From NCBI GenBank assembly GCA_965218435.1, contig CBDCKW010000009.1, positions 3,104,001 through 3,168,000 of the forward strand: a DNA stretch of 64,000 nt, written 5' to 3'. Each line of letters starts with the position of its first letter. Position 1 is the stretch's first letter. Below the pieces are notes generated by a model that ran no database searches, was not told where the DNA came from, and worked only from the letters and a program-made list of their open reading frames with translations. The stretch comes from Truepera sp. (lineage in GTDB: Bacteria; Deinococcota; Deinococci; Deinococcales; Trueperaceae). Positions 14,034 through 23,881 of this stretch are shown here, one piece after another. A program made the position numbers and the translations under genes.

Positions 14034-14459
14034 TCAGGCAGTCTCGAGTTTGGGAGCTTCTAAGACCACCTCAAAAGAAATCTCAGCTTTGAGGCTTGCC
14101 GCCACCGAGCAATATTTATTCATCCCCAAATCCACAAAACGCTCGGCAGTCTTTTGGTCTAAACCGGGAACGTTAAAAATGTGCTTGGCGTGGATGTGCG
14201 TGTAGTAAGCGGGCGTCCCCTCGGCACGTTCGCCGGAAAGCTCGATACGGTAGCCCTGCACGTTCAGGCGGCGTTTGCCGAGCATCTCCACAATGTCGTA
14301 AGCGGCGCACGCACCGACGGCGTTTAAGAGGAGTTCCATCGGGCGCATCCCGGTTTGCGCTTGACTTTCACCGTCGATCATCACGCGCTGCCCCTCGGGG
14401 GTAACGCCGACGAAGCGTTTACCGACGAGGTGATGCACGGTCGTCGTTTTAGTTGACAT
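14034..14459 (-). CDS. OsmC family protein
   Basis: PMELLL..GAC and KYCSV two-Cys signature. Confidence 0.88.
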   Translation of the reverse strand: MSTKTTTVHHLVGKRFVGVTPEGQRVMIDGESQAQTGMRPMELLLNAVGACAAYDIVEMLGKRRLNVQGYRIELSGERAEGTPAYYTHIHAKHIFNVPGLDQKTAERFVDLGMNKYCSVAASLKAEISFEVVLEAPKLETA

Positions 14460-14526
14460 GCTTTTAAGTATGAGGCACGTCTAAAGTAATGGTGTCAGAT
14501 ATAAAACATAGCTTTACACTCGAGCG

Positions 14527-15093
14527 GTGATGAAGCAAGCTAAGGCGAACTGGACTAAACCTGAGTGGCGACGCTGGGCCAAGGAAACGCGGGCGCAGTT
14601 GGACACTCCAGTTTTGAGTAAAGGAGTTGTGGCGCAGCTAGGGCTCTGGTCTCCCTTTAGAGAAGCTGAACATGTCTTGATTTATTTAGCTTTTGGAACC
14701 GAACCAAACTTAGCCGCACTCCTTGGCAAAAATCCTGATAAGCAATTTTACGCAACTCGGACGCATAAGGACTATACGCTTACGGTGCATAAGCTTACGG
14801 GTGAACTCGAGCGTCACCCTTACGGTTTCTTTCAACCTGTTGCGACCAGTCCAGCGGTTGAGCTAGAAAGGCTCGAGCTGCTCCTCATTCCCGGCCTCGC
14901 GTTTGACACTTCCGGCACCCGTTTGGGCTACGGCAGAGGTTTCTACGACCGCTTGTCAGCCCAGATAAGCGGCGTTCCCATTGTCGGCGTTGCACCGTCT
15001 ACACTTATTGTCCCAACCTTACCCAGCGAACCGCACGACGTTAAGATGACGCACTTGGTCAGCGAGAGGGGAGTGCTCGAGGTCAGGCAGTAA
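14527..15093 (+). CDS. 5-formyltetrahydrofolate cyclo-ligase
   Basis: PGLAFD..GTRLGYGRGFYDR and EPHD motifs. Confidence 0.92.
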   Translation: MMKQAKANWTKPEWRRWAKETRAQLDTPVLSKGVVAQLGLWSPFREAEHVLIYLAFGTEPNLAALLGKNPDKQFYATRTHKDYTLTVHKLTGELERHPYGFFQPVATSPAVELERLELLLIPGLAFDTSGTRLGYGRGFYDRLSAQISGVPIVGVAPSTLIVPTLPSEPHDVKMTHLVSERGVLEVRQ

Positions 15094-15097
15094 GAAG

Positions 15098-15505
15098 TTA
15101 CTCGTGGCTGAGCTCGAGGTAAGGCTGTAGCCGAGCCCGAATATCGTCTGAGATCGGCACCGGCTTTTGTGAGCTGTAGTCGAACATCACGACGACTGAA
15201 CGCGACCGCGCCGCCAATTCACCATTGCTATAAATCTCTTGCGCCAACGTTACGCTCGTTCGGCCTATTTTGGCAATCCGGGTCAGGACGTAAACGGTAT
15301 CTCGAAAGCGTACCTGCTGCAAAAAATCGAGCGAGATATGCGCCAAAATGAGGTAGATACCTTCGCCGCGAAACTGGTCCAAAAAATCCACTCGGCCCTG
15401 TTCCGAGTAGAGCGCATATGAAGTGTTATTCAGATGGCCTAAAGCGTCGGTGTCGTTAAAACGCACCTGAATATCGGTGTGGTGGACTTTTTGAAAGTCT
15501 TGCAT
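15098..15505 (-). CDS. Acyl-CoA thioesterase (hot-dog fold)
   Basis: VRFNDTDALGHLNN motif. Confidence 0.9.
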   Translation of the reverse strand: MQDFQKVHHTDIQVRFNDTDALGHLNNTSYALYSEQGRVDFLDQFRGEGIYLILAHISLDFLQQVRFRDTVYVLTRIAKIGRTSVTLAQEIYSNGELAARSRSVVVMFDYSSQKPVPISDDIRARLQPYLELSHE

Positions 15506-15514
15506 AGGCTCAGC

Positions 15515-16366
15515 TTACCGGGCTTCGGCAAAATGGGCGGCTCGAGGTGAACGCGGCACCTTTTGACAGTGCGGGCAAAAGTGCGTCCCCCGTCCGGCCA
15601 CAACGATTTTAGAGATCGGCCGACCGCAACGCGGACAGGGCGCGTCTAGGCGGCCGTAAACCTGAAGCTGCGCGGCGTAGCCGCCGACCTCACCGTTGAC
15701 GGTGCGGTAATCCTGCAACGTCGTCCCCTTAAAGGTCAGGCTGGCCGTCAAGACCTCACGAACCGCGCCCGCAAGCGCGTAGGCTTTGGCTTTAGAGACG
15801 CTGCGGGCGGGCGTGAGCGGATGAATCCGCGCCCGCCAGAGCGCCTCGTCTGCGTAGATATTGCCGACGCCCGACACCGGGCGCTGGGAGAGCAAGTAAG
15901 GTTTGATGGGCGTACTCGAGGCTTGCAATACACGGTAAAAACCCGCGTTCGTAAAGGCCGCCTCTAAAGGTTCCGGCCCCATCTTGTAGAGCGTGGGCAG
16001 CGTTTCGTAGCGTCCTGAAGGGACGACCAAAAACCGTCCGAAACGGCGCACGTCTTGAAAATAAAGGGCCGGGTTGGGGCCGGGAGAAAGTTTTAACTTG
16101 ACCCGCGTATGTTTGGCAAACGGTTGTGGGCTGACGATGCCGGTCATGCCTAAGTGAATCACTAGATCGTCGCCCGCAGAGAGCGGCAAGAGCAAAAACT
16201 TCCCGCGCCGCTCGACCGCTAAGATTGTTTGACCTACCGCCCGCCCCAAATCCGCGTACTTCGGCCCCGGCTCCGCTTGGGCGAGTTCGGCGCTTACGAT
16301 AATCCGGCCCGTGAGCCAGGGCCCTAGTTCACGCCGGACGGTCTCGACTTCAGGCAGTTCGGGGAT
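15515..16366 (-). CDS. mutM: Formamidopyrimidine-DNA glycosylase; apparent ATC start codon
   Basis: ATC-CCC-GAA-CTG-CCT-GAA-GTC-GAG (xPELPEVE) begins at 16366; RRGKFL, HLGMTG, GNIYADE and the C-terminal CxxC..CxxC zinc finger are present. Confidence 0.95.
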   Translation of the reverse strand: MPELPEVETVRRELGPWLTGRIIVSAELAQAEPGPKYADLGRAVGQTILAVERRGKFLLLPLSAGDDLVIHLGMTGIVSPQPFAKHTRVKLKLSPGPNPALYFQDVRRFGRFLVVPSGRYETLPTLYKMGPEPLEAAFTNAGFYRVLQASSTPIKPYLLSQRPVSGVGNIYADEALWRARIHPLTPARSVSKAKAYALAGAVREVLTASLTFKGTTLQDYRTVNGEVGGYAAQLQVYGRLDAPCPRCGRPISKIVVAGRGTHFCPHCQKVPRSPRAAHFAEAR

Positions 16367-17051
16367 ACTGAATCAGCCCTTCGTAAAGCGCCTTACCGAC
16401 GACTGCGCCGTCAAGCTCCAAACTTTCGTAAAGCTCCAGGTCTCTATCGCTGGCGACGCCGCCCCCTGCCACGAGCGTATGCGGACACGCCGCACGCATC
16501 AAGCTGACGGGTTCAGGGTCTACGCCTAAAAGCGTTCCGTCGCGGGCGATGTCGGTATAGATAATGTGTGTGACGCCCTGTTTAGACACGCGCCGCGCGA
16601 GTTCGCGGGCAGCGACGGTGCTCGTCTCCGTCCAACCGCGTACTGCCACCAGACCGTCTCTGGCGTCAATCGACACGGCGATACGGTGCGCGTCGTAACG
16701 CGACAAAAGTGTGTCCAGCAGCTCCGGTTGCGTAATGGCGGCAGTGCCGATGATGACGCGTTCAACACTTTCTAACAGGCGTTCGGCGGTTTCTACGTCG
16801 CGGACGCCGCCACCGACCTCGAGCTTGCAGTCTAGCGACCCCGCCAGTTTGCTGATGATGTCTTGATTGTCGCCGTGACCAAACGCGGCGTCTAAGTCAA
16901 CGAGGTGAAGCCACGGTGCGCCTTTATCGGCCCAGAGTTTGGCGGCCTCGAGCGGGTCGTCAAAGTAGACCGTTTCATCTTCCGAGCGGCCCGCTAACAA
17001 CCTGACCGCTTTGCCGCGCTGAATATCAACTGCCGGAATCACTTCAAACAT
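16350..17051 (-). CDS. hisA: Phosphoribosylformimino-5-aminoimidazole carboxamide ribotide isomerase
   Basis: IPAVDI, HLVDLD, GGGVR, YTDIARDG and VGKALYEG motifs; leaderless TATACT-6nt-ATG. Confidence 0.96.
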   Translation of the reverse strand: MFEVIPAVDIQRGKAVRLLAGRSEDETVYFDDPLEAAKLWADKGAPWLHLVDLDAAFGHGDNQDIISKLAGSLDCKLEVGGGVRDVETAERLLESVERVIIGTAAITQPELLDTLLSRYDAHRIAVSIDARDGLVAVRGWTETSTVAARELARRVSKQGVTHIIYTDIARDGTLLGVDPEPVSLMRAACPHTLVAGGGVASDRDLELYESLELDGAVVGKALYEGLIQYPRTA

Positions 17052-17170
17052 AGCGCGAGTATAGCGTGCGCTCGGGCACATGAACGGTGGGGTAAGGCAG
17101 CGTTGGGCCGTTATGCCGCGTAGTGTGCTTGGAAAAAAGGCGGGCTCAAGCCGACCCAGTAAACTGGAGC

Positions 17171-17785
17171 ATGTATATCCCCGGCTATACCAAACACGAA
17201 GACAAAGCCGACTTACTAAAACTCATGCAGGCGTATCCGTTTGCCACGCTCGTAACCGCACCGGGAGGGCGACCTTTTGCAACGCACCTGCCATTGATGA
17301 CCGAGAAACAGGGCGACACCTTCGTTTTACTCTCTCACATGGCCCGCGCCAACCCGCAGTGGCGACATTTTGACGAGGGCGAAACCCTGGCGATTTTTCA
17401 CGGTCCGCACGCCCTGGTAAACTCTGTCCTTTACGGCAGCAGCCCGAACGTCCCAACGTGGAACTACGCTGTCGTTCACGCTTACGGCCAAGCTAGGGTA
17501 ATTACAGGGGAACGTGAGCGGGAAATTGCGTATAAACTTGTGGCCGAGCATACGCCCGAGATGGAGCCGATTCCGGCAGATTTTGAGCGGCGGCTGATGG
17601 CAGCGGTCGTCACGTTTGAGTTGCGGGTGAGCAGGCTCGAGGGCAAGTTCAAGCTCAGCCAGAACAAGGGGGCTCGAGACCGTCTGAACGTTATCAAGGG
17701 GTTGAGCCAAAGCGAACGCGAAGAAGAACGTGCGACGGCGGAGTTGATGCGGGGGCTCGAGGCGCGTAAGGAACAAAATGAGTAG
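17171..17785 (+). CDS. FMN-binding PaiB-family protein
   Basis: MYIP, HMARANPQW, VPTWNY and GKFKLSQNK motifs. Confidence 0.9.
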   Translation: MYIPGYTKHEDKADLLKLMQAYPFATLVTAPGGRPFATHLPLMTEKQGDTFVLLSHMARANPQWRHFDEGETLAIFHGPHALVNSVLYGSSPNVPTWNYAVVHAYGQARVITGEREREIAYKLVAEHTPEMEPIPADFERRLMAAVVTFELRVSRLEGKFKLSQNKGARDRLNVIKGLSQSEREEERATAELMRGLEARKEQNE

Positions 17786-17796
17786 AAGGCTTTTTT

Positions 17797-18537
17797 CTAC
17801 GCGGTCAGTACTAGAGGTTTGCCCTTAGTGATTACGACCGTATGCTCATAATGTGCGGTGAGATTGCCCTCACGCATTCCTATTGTCCAACCGTCGGCCC
17901 GCGTCGTTATCTTGCCTGAGCGGAGAGAAACCATCGGCTCGACGGCTAAAACCAGACCCTCAGTTAAGCGTGCGCGGTCATTGGGACGATAAAAGTTCAA
18001 AACTTCAGGGGTTTCGTGAACAGCCCGCCCCACCCCGTGACCGGCTAGCTCACGAATAACGTGAAGACCACGCTGTCTGACTTTGCGCTCGACTGCCCGT
18101 CCGATGCTGCTAAGCGGCTGGCCTGCCCTGGCAACCTGCATGGCGGCCCAAAATGCGTCTTCGGCGCAGGTAACCAAACGCTGAGAAGTTTTGGCAGTGG
18201 ATGACACGACTACAGTAAGTGCAGCGTCAGCAACAAAACCGTTTAGCTTTGGCGTGACATCTAGCTTAACCAAGTCACCAGGTTTAAGCGGCCGAGTTGT
18301 CGGCAAGCCGTGAACAACATCTTCGTTGACCGAGACAAAAGCGTGAACAGGTGCGCCGTACTCCAAGTAGGGTGCAGAAACCGCACCGTAACGGGCGAAT
18401 ACGGCACCACAAATATCATTAAGCTCAACCGGAGTAATACCGGGCGCAATTTCAGCTTTCATCGCAGCGAGCGCCTCAGCGACGACAGCGCCTACCTGCT
18501 TCATACCTTCGAGTTCGTCTTCGGAGTTGATAGACAT
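17797..18537 (-). CDS. map: Type I methionine aminopeptidase
   Basis: SVNEDVVHG, KLDV, GHGVG..HE, VEPM and AHYEHT motifs. Confidence 0.95.
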   Translation of the reverse strand: MSINSEDELEGMKQVGAVVAEALAAMKAEIAPGITPVELNDICGAVFARYGAVSAPYLEYGAPVHAFVSVNEDVVHGLPTTRPLKPGDLVKLDVTPKLNGFVADAALTVVVSSTAKTSQRLVTCAEDAFWAAMQVARAGQPLSSIGRAVERKVRQRGLHVIRELAGHGVGRAVHETPEVLNFYRPNDRARLTEGLVLAVEPMVSLRSGKITTRADGWTIGMREGNLTAHYEHTVVITKGKPLVLTA

Positions 18538-18592
18538 AAATCATGATAGCGCAGGCGCGAGGCTGCGCCGCCTACCCCCCAGTAACATTACT

Positions 18593-18982
18593 TCATTGTG
18601 TTTTAAGGATGCCTCGTTCTCTAAAAACTTCCTTTGCTACCGCAATGCCGTTGACTGCGGCCGGAAATCCGGCGTAAACCGCCATCTGAATGATGATTTC
18701 GACTACTTCCTGTGGCTTGCACCCGACGTTGAGCGCCCCGTGAATATGTACGGCGAGTTGAGGACTACAGTTTCCCAAAGCCGTCAGTGCTGCAACCGTA
18801 GCGACTTCGCGGCTTTTGAGGTCAAGCCCCTCGCGTGTGTAAATATCGCCGAAAGTAAACTCGATGGTAAAACGCGCAAGCTCAGGTGCGATTTCTTGCA
18901 ATGATTCGATGACCCTGACTCCGGCTTCACCATCGATTTCTTTAAGCTTTGCTAGACCGATTTCGTATCTGCTATGCATCAT
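18593..18982 (-). CDS. Carboxymuconolactone decarboxylase (AhpD-like) family protein
   Basis: FGDIYTREGL and YAGFPAA motifs; SD GGAGGAG. Confidence 0.88.
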   Translation of the reverse strand: MMHSRYEIGLAKLKEIDGEAGVRVIESLQEIAPELARFTIEFTFGDIYTREGLDLKSREVATVAALTALGNCSPQLAVHIHGALNVGCKPQEVVEIIIQMAVYAGFPAAVNGIAVAKEVFRERGILKTQ

Positions 18983-19008
18983 TTACTCCTCCAGTAAGGC
19001 ATAGCTAA

Positions 19009-19039
19009 ACCCTAAACCTTTGAGTCAACTCAAAGTCAA
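19009..19039 (-). promoter_or_regulatory. MerR-type promoter/operator of the CMD-family gene
   Basis: TTGACT-19 bp-TAGGGT with the perfect dyad CTTTGAGT-ca-ACTCAAAG (19018-19035). Confidence 0.85.
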
Positions 19040-19395
19040 GCTTCTTGCAAAAACGCCTCTTCGTATCCGCTTATCTTCTGTCTAAGCTTTGCTAGGTGAA
19101 CTTGCATCGTCGCTACATCTTGCTCGAGCTTTGCCGCGTGGACTTCGAGAAGTTGTTTTCTCTCAGCTGTGGTAGACGGGCCTTGTGCTCTTAATTGGGC
19201 GTAGCGTTTAATCTGTTCAAGCGGCATTTTGGTATCTTTGAGACGCTTGATAAACTCGGCCCAAGCAACATCCTCCTGGCTAAACACACGATGACCGTTA
19301 GGGTTGCGCGCCACCTCGAGAAGTCCCAACCTGTCATAATAACGGATGGTGTGTGGGCCTAATCCGGTTGCTTTGGAATACGCTTGAACGTTCAT
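19036..19395 (-). CDS. MerR family transcriptional regulator
   Basis: TIRYYDRLGLL, RNPNGHR and a C-terminal coiled coil. Confidence 0.93.
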   Translation of the reverse strand: MNVQAYSKATGLGPHTIRYYDRLGLLEVARNPNGHRVFSQEDVAWAEFIKRLKDTKMPLEQIKRYAQLRAQGPSTTAERKQLLEVHAAKLEQDVATMQVHLAKLRQKISGYEEAFLQEA

Positions 19396-19429
19396 AGCGA
19401 TATCTTAAAACAGATAATTTTCTACAACG

Positions 19430-19462
19430 AAAAAGCGTGTGCTTGACCTGAACACACGCTTT
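19430..19462 (-). terminator. Intrinsic terminator after acs (possibly bidirectional)
   Basis: AAAGCGTGTG/CACACGCTTT stem with A/T runs on both sides. Confidence 0.7.
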
Positions 19463-19484
19463 AACTGCTTAAAAAGCTCGAGCC

Positions 19485-21437
19485 TTACTTACCCGCCCCC
19501 GGCTGCATCAACTTCTCCACCACACTCTTATCTTCCAACGTGCTGATGTCCCCCGCCGCCTCTTCCCCGGCGGCAATGTTCCGCAGCAGCCGCCGCATAA
19601 TCTTCCCACTCCGGGTTTTGGGCAGGGCGTCGGCAAAACGGATGTCGTCGGGCCGAGCAATCGCGCCGATCTCTTTGGCGACGTGTTGGCGCAGCTCGGT
19701 TAAAAGCTCATCTGAACCCTGACGGTTGCCCTCTAAGGTCACAAACGCGACGATGCTCTGCCCTTTCACCTCGTCGGGCCGCCCCACGACTGCCGCTTCA
19801 GCGACTGCCGGATGAGAAACGAGCGCCGACTCGACCTCCGCCGTGCCTAAGCGGTGCCCCGACACATTCACCACATCGTCTACCCGGCCCATAATCCAAA
19901 AGTAGCCGTCTCCATCTTGACGCGCCCCGTCGCCCGCAAAGTACACGTGCGGAATCTCCGTCCAGTACTGCGCCCGGTAGCGGTCGTCGTCGCCGTAAAC
20001 CGTGCGGAGCATACTCGGCCAGGGCCGTTTGAGGGTTAAAAAGCCGCCGCTCCCGGCCTCTTGCTCGTTACCCTCGACGTCCATGATGGCGGGTTCAACG
20101 CCGAAAAAGGGTTTGCCCGCCGCGCCCGGTTTCATCTCGTGAACGCCCGGCAAGGTCGTCAGCATGACGCCGCCCGTTTCGGTCTGCCACCAGGTATCTA
20201 CGACCGGGCAACGCTCCCCGCCGATGACGCGGTAGTACCACCTCCACGCCTCAGGGTTGATGGGTTCGCCGACTGTCCCGAGTAGCCGCAAAGACGACAG
20301 GTCGTGTTTGTTCGGATGTTCTTCCCCCGCTTTCATAAAGGCGCGGATCGCAGTCGGCGCGTAGTAATAGATGGTGACGCCGTAACGCTCGATCATCTCC
20401 CAGTGGCGGTCGGGCGCGGGGTGGGTCGGGGTGCCTTCGTAGAGGAGTTCGGTCGCGCCGTTTAAGAGTGGGCCGTAAACAACATACGAGTGCCCGGTAA
20501 TCCAACCCACATCGGCGGGACACCAGTAGAGGTCGTCAGGCCCCAAGTCAAACACGTATTTGGTCGTCAGGTAAGCGTAGGTTTGATAGCCGCCGACGGT
20601 GTGCAGCACACCTTTGGGCTTCCCAGTCGAGCCTGACGTATAAAGGATAAAAAGCGGGTCTTCGGCGTCCATGTGTTCGGCGGGGCACTCGGGCGAGGCG
20701 TCCGTCATCAGGTCGTGATACCACGCGTCGCGGCCCTCTTGCATCGTCACATCGTTGTTACCGCGTTGGATGACGATGATGTGCTCTAAACTCGGACATT
20801 TTTCCGCCGCTTCGTCTACCACGGGTTTAAGTGCAAAGACGCTCCCGCGCCGGTAGCCGCCGTCAGCAGTAATCACTAACTTTGCTGAGGCGTCGTTAAT
20901 ACGGTCGGCCAACGCTGAGGCGCTAAAACCGCCGAACACAACGCTGTGTACCGCGCCGATGCGGGCGCACGCGAGCATCGCCACGACCGCTTCGGGGACG
21001 AGCGGCATATAAACGGCGACGACATCACCTTTTTTGACGCCTTGGTCTTTTAAGACGTTCGCAAACTTAGAGACTTCGGTAAGGAGTTCGCGGTAGGTGA
21101 AGGTGCGTTTGTCACCGGGCTCACCTTCCCACAACAAGGCTTGTTTGTCACCGCGACCCTGTTCGATTTGAAAATCCAGACAGTTGTAAGAGATGTTGGT
21201 CTTGCCGCCGACAAACCACTTGACAAACGGCTCGTTCCACTCGGTCACCTGGTTCCAAGGTTTGAACCAGTGAAGTTCGTTCGCCACGTCACCCCAAAAG
21301 GTTTCGGGGTCATCTAACGATTGGCGGTAGAGGCGTTCGTACTCGGCGACGCTGCTTAGCTTGGCGTTTTTCTTAAAGTCGTCGCTTGGGCTTATCGTCC
21401 GCCCTTCTTGCATCATGGACTCGATACGGTCGGTCAC
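19485..21437 (-). CDS. acs: Acetyl-CoA synthetase
   Basis: [20 protein letters not shown] and [12 protein letters not shown] motifs; GTG start with SD GAGGAGGAG. Confidence 0.97.
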   Translation of the reverse strand: MTDRIESMMQEGRTISPSDDFKKNAKLSSVAEYERLYRQSLDDPETFWGDVANELHWFKPWNQVTEWNEPFVKWFVGGKTNISYNCLDFQIEQGRGDKQALLWEGEPGDKRTFTYRELLTEVSKFANVLKDQGVKKGDVVAVYMPLVPEAVVAMLACARIGAVHSVVFGGFSASALADRINDASAKLVITADGGYRRGSVFALKPVVDEAAEKCPSLEHIIVIQRGNNDVTMQEGRDAWYHDLMTDASPECPAEHMDAEDPLFILYTSGSTGKPKGVLHTVGGYQTYAYLTTKYVFDLGPDDLYWCPADVGWITGHSYVVYGPLLNGATELLYEGTPTHPAPDRHWEMIERYGVTIYYYAPTAIRAFMKAGEEHPNKHDLSSLRLLGTVGEPINPEAWRWYYRVIGGERCPVVDTWWQTETGGVMLTTLPGVHEMKPGAAGKPFFGVEPAIMDVEGNEQEAGSGGFLTLKRPWPSMLRTVYGDDDRYRAQYWTEIPHVYFAGDGARQDGDGYFWIMGRVDDVVNVSGHRLGTAEVESALVSHPAVAEAAVVGRPDEVKGQSIVAFVTLEGNRQGSDELLTELRQHVAKEIGAIARPDDIRFADALPKTRSGKIMRRLLRNIAAGEEAAGDISTLEDKSVVEKLMQPGAGK

Positions 21438-21559
21438 GGCTCCTCCTCAGGTAGACCTAATAAGGCTGTAATTCCCTAGCTATCTTAGCAAGCGTACGCG
21501 GCCATGAGGCTATAACCACGCGCACGATGTTCCAGAGGCCCTTATCCGGGAGGTTACGC

Positions 21560-21588
21560 TTGACGACACCTGTGCAGCACGATAAGCT
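21560..21588 (+). promoter_or_regulatory. Sigma70-type promoter for the second acs / DUF4212 / actP unit
   Basis: TTGACG-17 nt-TAAGCT. Confidence 0.6.
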
Positions 21589-21632
21589 GCGGTCACAAAC
21601 GTACGACGGTATACAAATGGGCGAAAGGCTGG

Positions 21633-23507
21633 GTGAGCATGGCGAAGCTCGAGGCACTTTCAGCAGCACAGACTATCTTTACGCCGCCGGAGGCCGTCAA
21701 AAACCGTGCGTCGTTGCAGGACTACAACGCAGCCTATACGCGCTCGGTCGAAGACAACGAAGCGTTTTGGGCCGACGCTGCCCGTGAGCTGACCTGGGCG
21801 AAGCCGTGGGACACCGTTTTAGAGTTCGACGGCGTTCATCACCGCTGGTTTGTGGGCGCTGAGACGAACATTACGGTCAACGCGCTCGAGCGCAACCTGG
21901 ACGCGGGCCGGGGCGATAAAACCGCGTATATCTGGCTCGGTGAAGACGGCAGCGAACAACGTCTGACGTACAGGGAGCTTTATCATCAGGTCAGCCAGAT
22001 TGCCAACGGACTCAAAAGTTTAGGTGTGCGAAAGGGCGACCGTGTGGTGATTTATATGCCGCTGACGCTCGAGGGTGTGACCGCCATGCTCGCGTGTGCC
22101 CGTATCGGGGCCGTTCACAGCGTCGTTTACGCGGGGTTTGCAGCCGGGGCGCTCCGCACCCGGATTGAAGACGCTGGGGCAAAGGTTGTGATAACCGGCG
22201 ACGTGAGTTATCGGCGCGGTAAAACGACCGATCTGCTCAGCATCACCCGGCAGGCGATCGAGCCTTTGGATTTTGTCGAGCATGTCGTCGTCTTTAATCG
22301 AGAAGAGGTGCGTTTGGAGGGGCTCGAGGTTCCCTGGGAAATACTGTTAGACCAGCCGGACGAATGCCCCGCCGAAATCGTTGACGCTGAGCATCCGCTC
22401 TATATCCTCTACACCTCGGGCACCACCGGCCAACCCAAAGGCGTGCTGCACGTTCACGGCGGCTATATGGTCGGGACGTACTTGCAACTAAGGACGTTTT
22501 ACGACCTGAACGAAGCGGACGTGTTCTGGAACATGAGCGACATCGGCTGGGCCGTCGGGCATTCGTATATCGCCTACGCGCCCCTCGTAGGCGGCCTGAC
22601 GACCGTGTTTCGTGAAGGTGCGCCCGACACGCCGCATCCGGGTATCGCCTGGGAAATCGCTGAGCACTACGGCGTCACAGCAGTTTTGACGGCTCCAACG
22701 GTGCTGCGGCTGTGGATGCGGTACGGCGACGAGCCCTTAAAGGGTCACGACCTCTCCAAGCTCCGTGTCTTGGCTGTCGCCGGGGAGCCCCTAAACCCCG
22801 AAGCGTTTCGCTGGGCACAAACCAATCTGATGGGAGACCACGGCTATGTGATGGATAACTGGTGGCAAACTGAAACGGGCGGCCCGACACTCGGCACCTA
22901 CGCGGTGCAACCCTGTAAACCCGGTTTTGTCGGACGGCCTCTGCTGGGCGTCGAAGCTGAAATCCTGAGTGAAACCGGCGAGCCACAACCGCCGAACGTG
23001 GGCGGTCTACTCGCGCTCAAACGCCCTTTTCCGCACATGCTCCGCACGATTTACGGCGCACCTGAGCGTTACGAGCAGGCGTGGACGGAGTTTCCCGGTT
23101 ACTACATGACCGGCGACGTGGCGGTGCGTGACGAAGCAGGCCGTATCAGCGTGTTGGGCCGCGCCGACGATGTGTTGAACGTCGCCGGACACCGCATCGG
23201 CACGGCAGACGTCGAGTCGGCGTTGGTTTCAAACTCGGCAGTCGCCGAAGCTGCCGTGATCGGGATCCCTGACGAACTGAAGGGAGAGCGTATCGTCGCG
23301 TTCGTCGTTTTACGGAGTGGGCAAAGGGCAGATGAACGGACCCTGATTCAGCACGTCCGGGCTGAACTCGGGCCGATCGCTGCACCTTCGGCGGTTCACA
23401 TCACCGGGGCGCTCCCTAAAACCCGCAGCGGCAAAATTATGCGCCGCCTCTTAAAAGCCCAGACGCTCGGGCAAGACCCCGGCGACACCTCAACCCTCGA
23501 GTCCTAA
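21633..23507 (+). CDS. Second acetate/short-chain acyl-CoA ligase
   Basis: YTSGTTGQPKG, DNWWQTETG and [12 protein letters not shown] motifs; start may be ATG 21639. Confidence 0.93.
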   Translation: MSMAKLEALSAAQTIFTPPEAVKNRASLQDYNAAYTRSVEDNEAFWADAARELTWAKPWDTVLEFDGVHHRWFVGAETNITVNALERNLDAGRGDKTAYIWLGEDGSEQRLTYRELYHQVSQIANGLKSLGVRKGDRVVIYMPLTLEGVTAMLACARIGAVHSVVYAGFAAGALRTRIEDAGAKVVITGDVSYRRGKTTDLLSITRQAIEPLDFVEHVVVFNREEVRLEGLEVPWEILLDQPDECPAEIVDAEHPLYILYTSGTTGQPKGVLHVHGGYMVGTYLQLRTFYDLNEADVFWNMSDIGWAVGHSYIAYAPLVGGLTTVFREGAPDTPHPGIAWEIAEHYGVTAVLTAPTVLRLWMRYGDEPLKGHDLSKLRVLAVAGEPLNPEAFRWAQTNLMGDHGYVMDNWWQTETGGPTLGTYAVQPCKPGFVGRPLLGVEAEILSETGEPQPPNVGGLLALKRPFPHMLRTIYGAPERYEQAWTEFPGYYMTGDVAVRDEAGRISVLGRADDVLNVAGHRIGTADVESALVSNSAVAEAAVIGIPDELKGERIVAFVVLRSGQRADERTLIQHVRAELGPIAAPSAVHITGALPKTRSGKIMRRLLKAQTLGQDPGDTSTLES

Positions 23508-23542
23508 GCTCTCGACATTAAGCTCAGCCCAAAGGAGACCCG

Positions 23543-23881
23543 ATGAGTCAACAAAAACCTCGCGTCACGGTTGTATCCGACCCCGTGCCCAACGAAAAAA
23601 CCGCCCTCAATCAAGAGCTTGCCCAAGCTGACAAGGGGGTGCTCGAGCGGTACTGGAAACGCAATCTGCGCCTGACCGTCACGCTGCTGGTGATCTGGTT
23701 TGTGGTTGGCTACTTGCTCTCAATCGTCTTTGCCCCGGCGCTGAACGCCTTTACCTTTCTCGGCGCACCGCTCGGGTTTTGGATGGCGCAAAACGGCGCG
23801 ATCTACGTGTTCGTCGTCTTAATTCTGATCTACGCGGTGTGGATGAACGGCATGGATAACGAGTTCGGAGTCGAAGAGTGA
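23543..23881 (+). CDS. DUF4212 small membrane subunit of the solute symporter
   Basis: YWKRNL, PLGFWMAQNG and FGVEE; directly precedes and overlaps the symporter. Confidence 0.85.
   Translation: MSQQKPRVTVVSDPVPNEKTALNQELAQADKGVLERYWKRNLRLTVTLLVIWFVVGYLLSIVFAPALNAFTFLGAPLGFWMAQNGAIYVFVVLILIYAVWMNGMDNEFGVEE

Noticed and set aside
14460..14526. 6S RNA upstream of the 5-formyl-THF cyclo-ligase gene, a common linkage
   Set aside because: Only 67 bp separate it from the divergent OsmC gene, which leaves no room.
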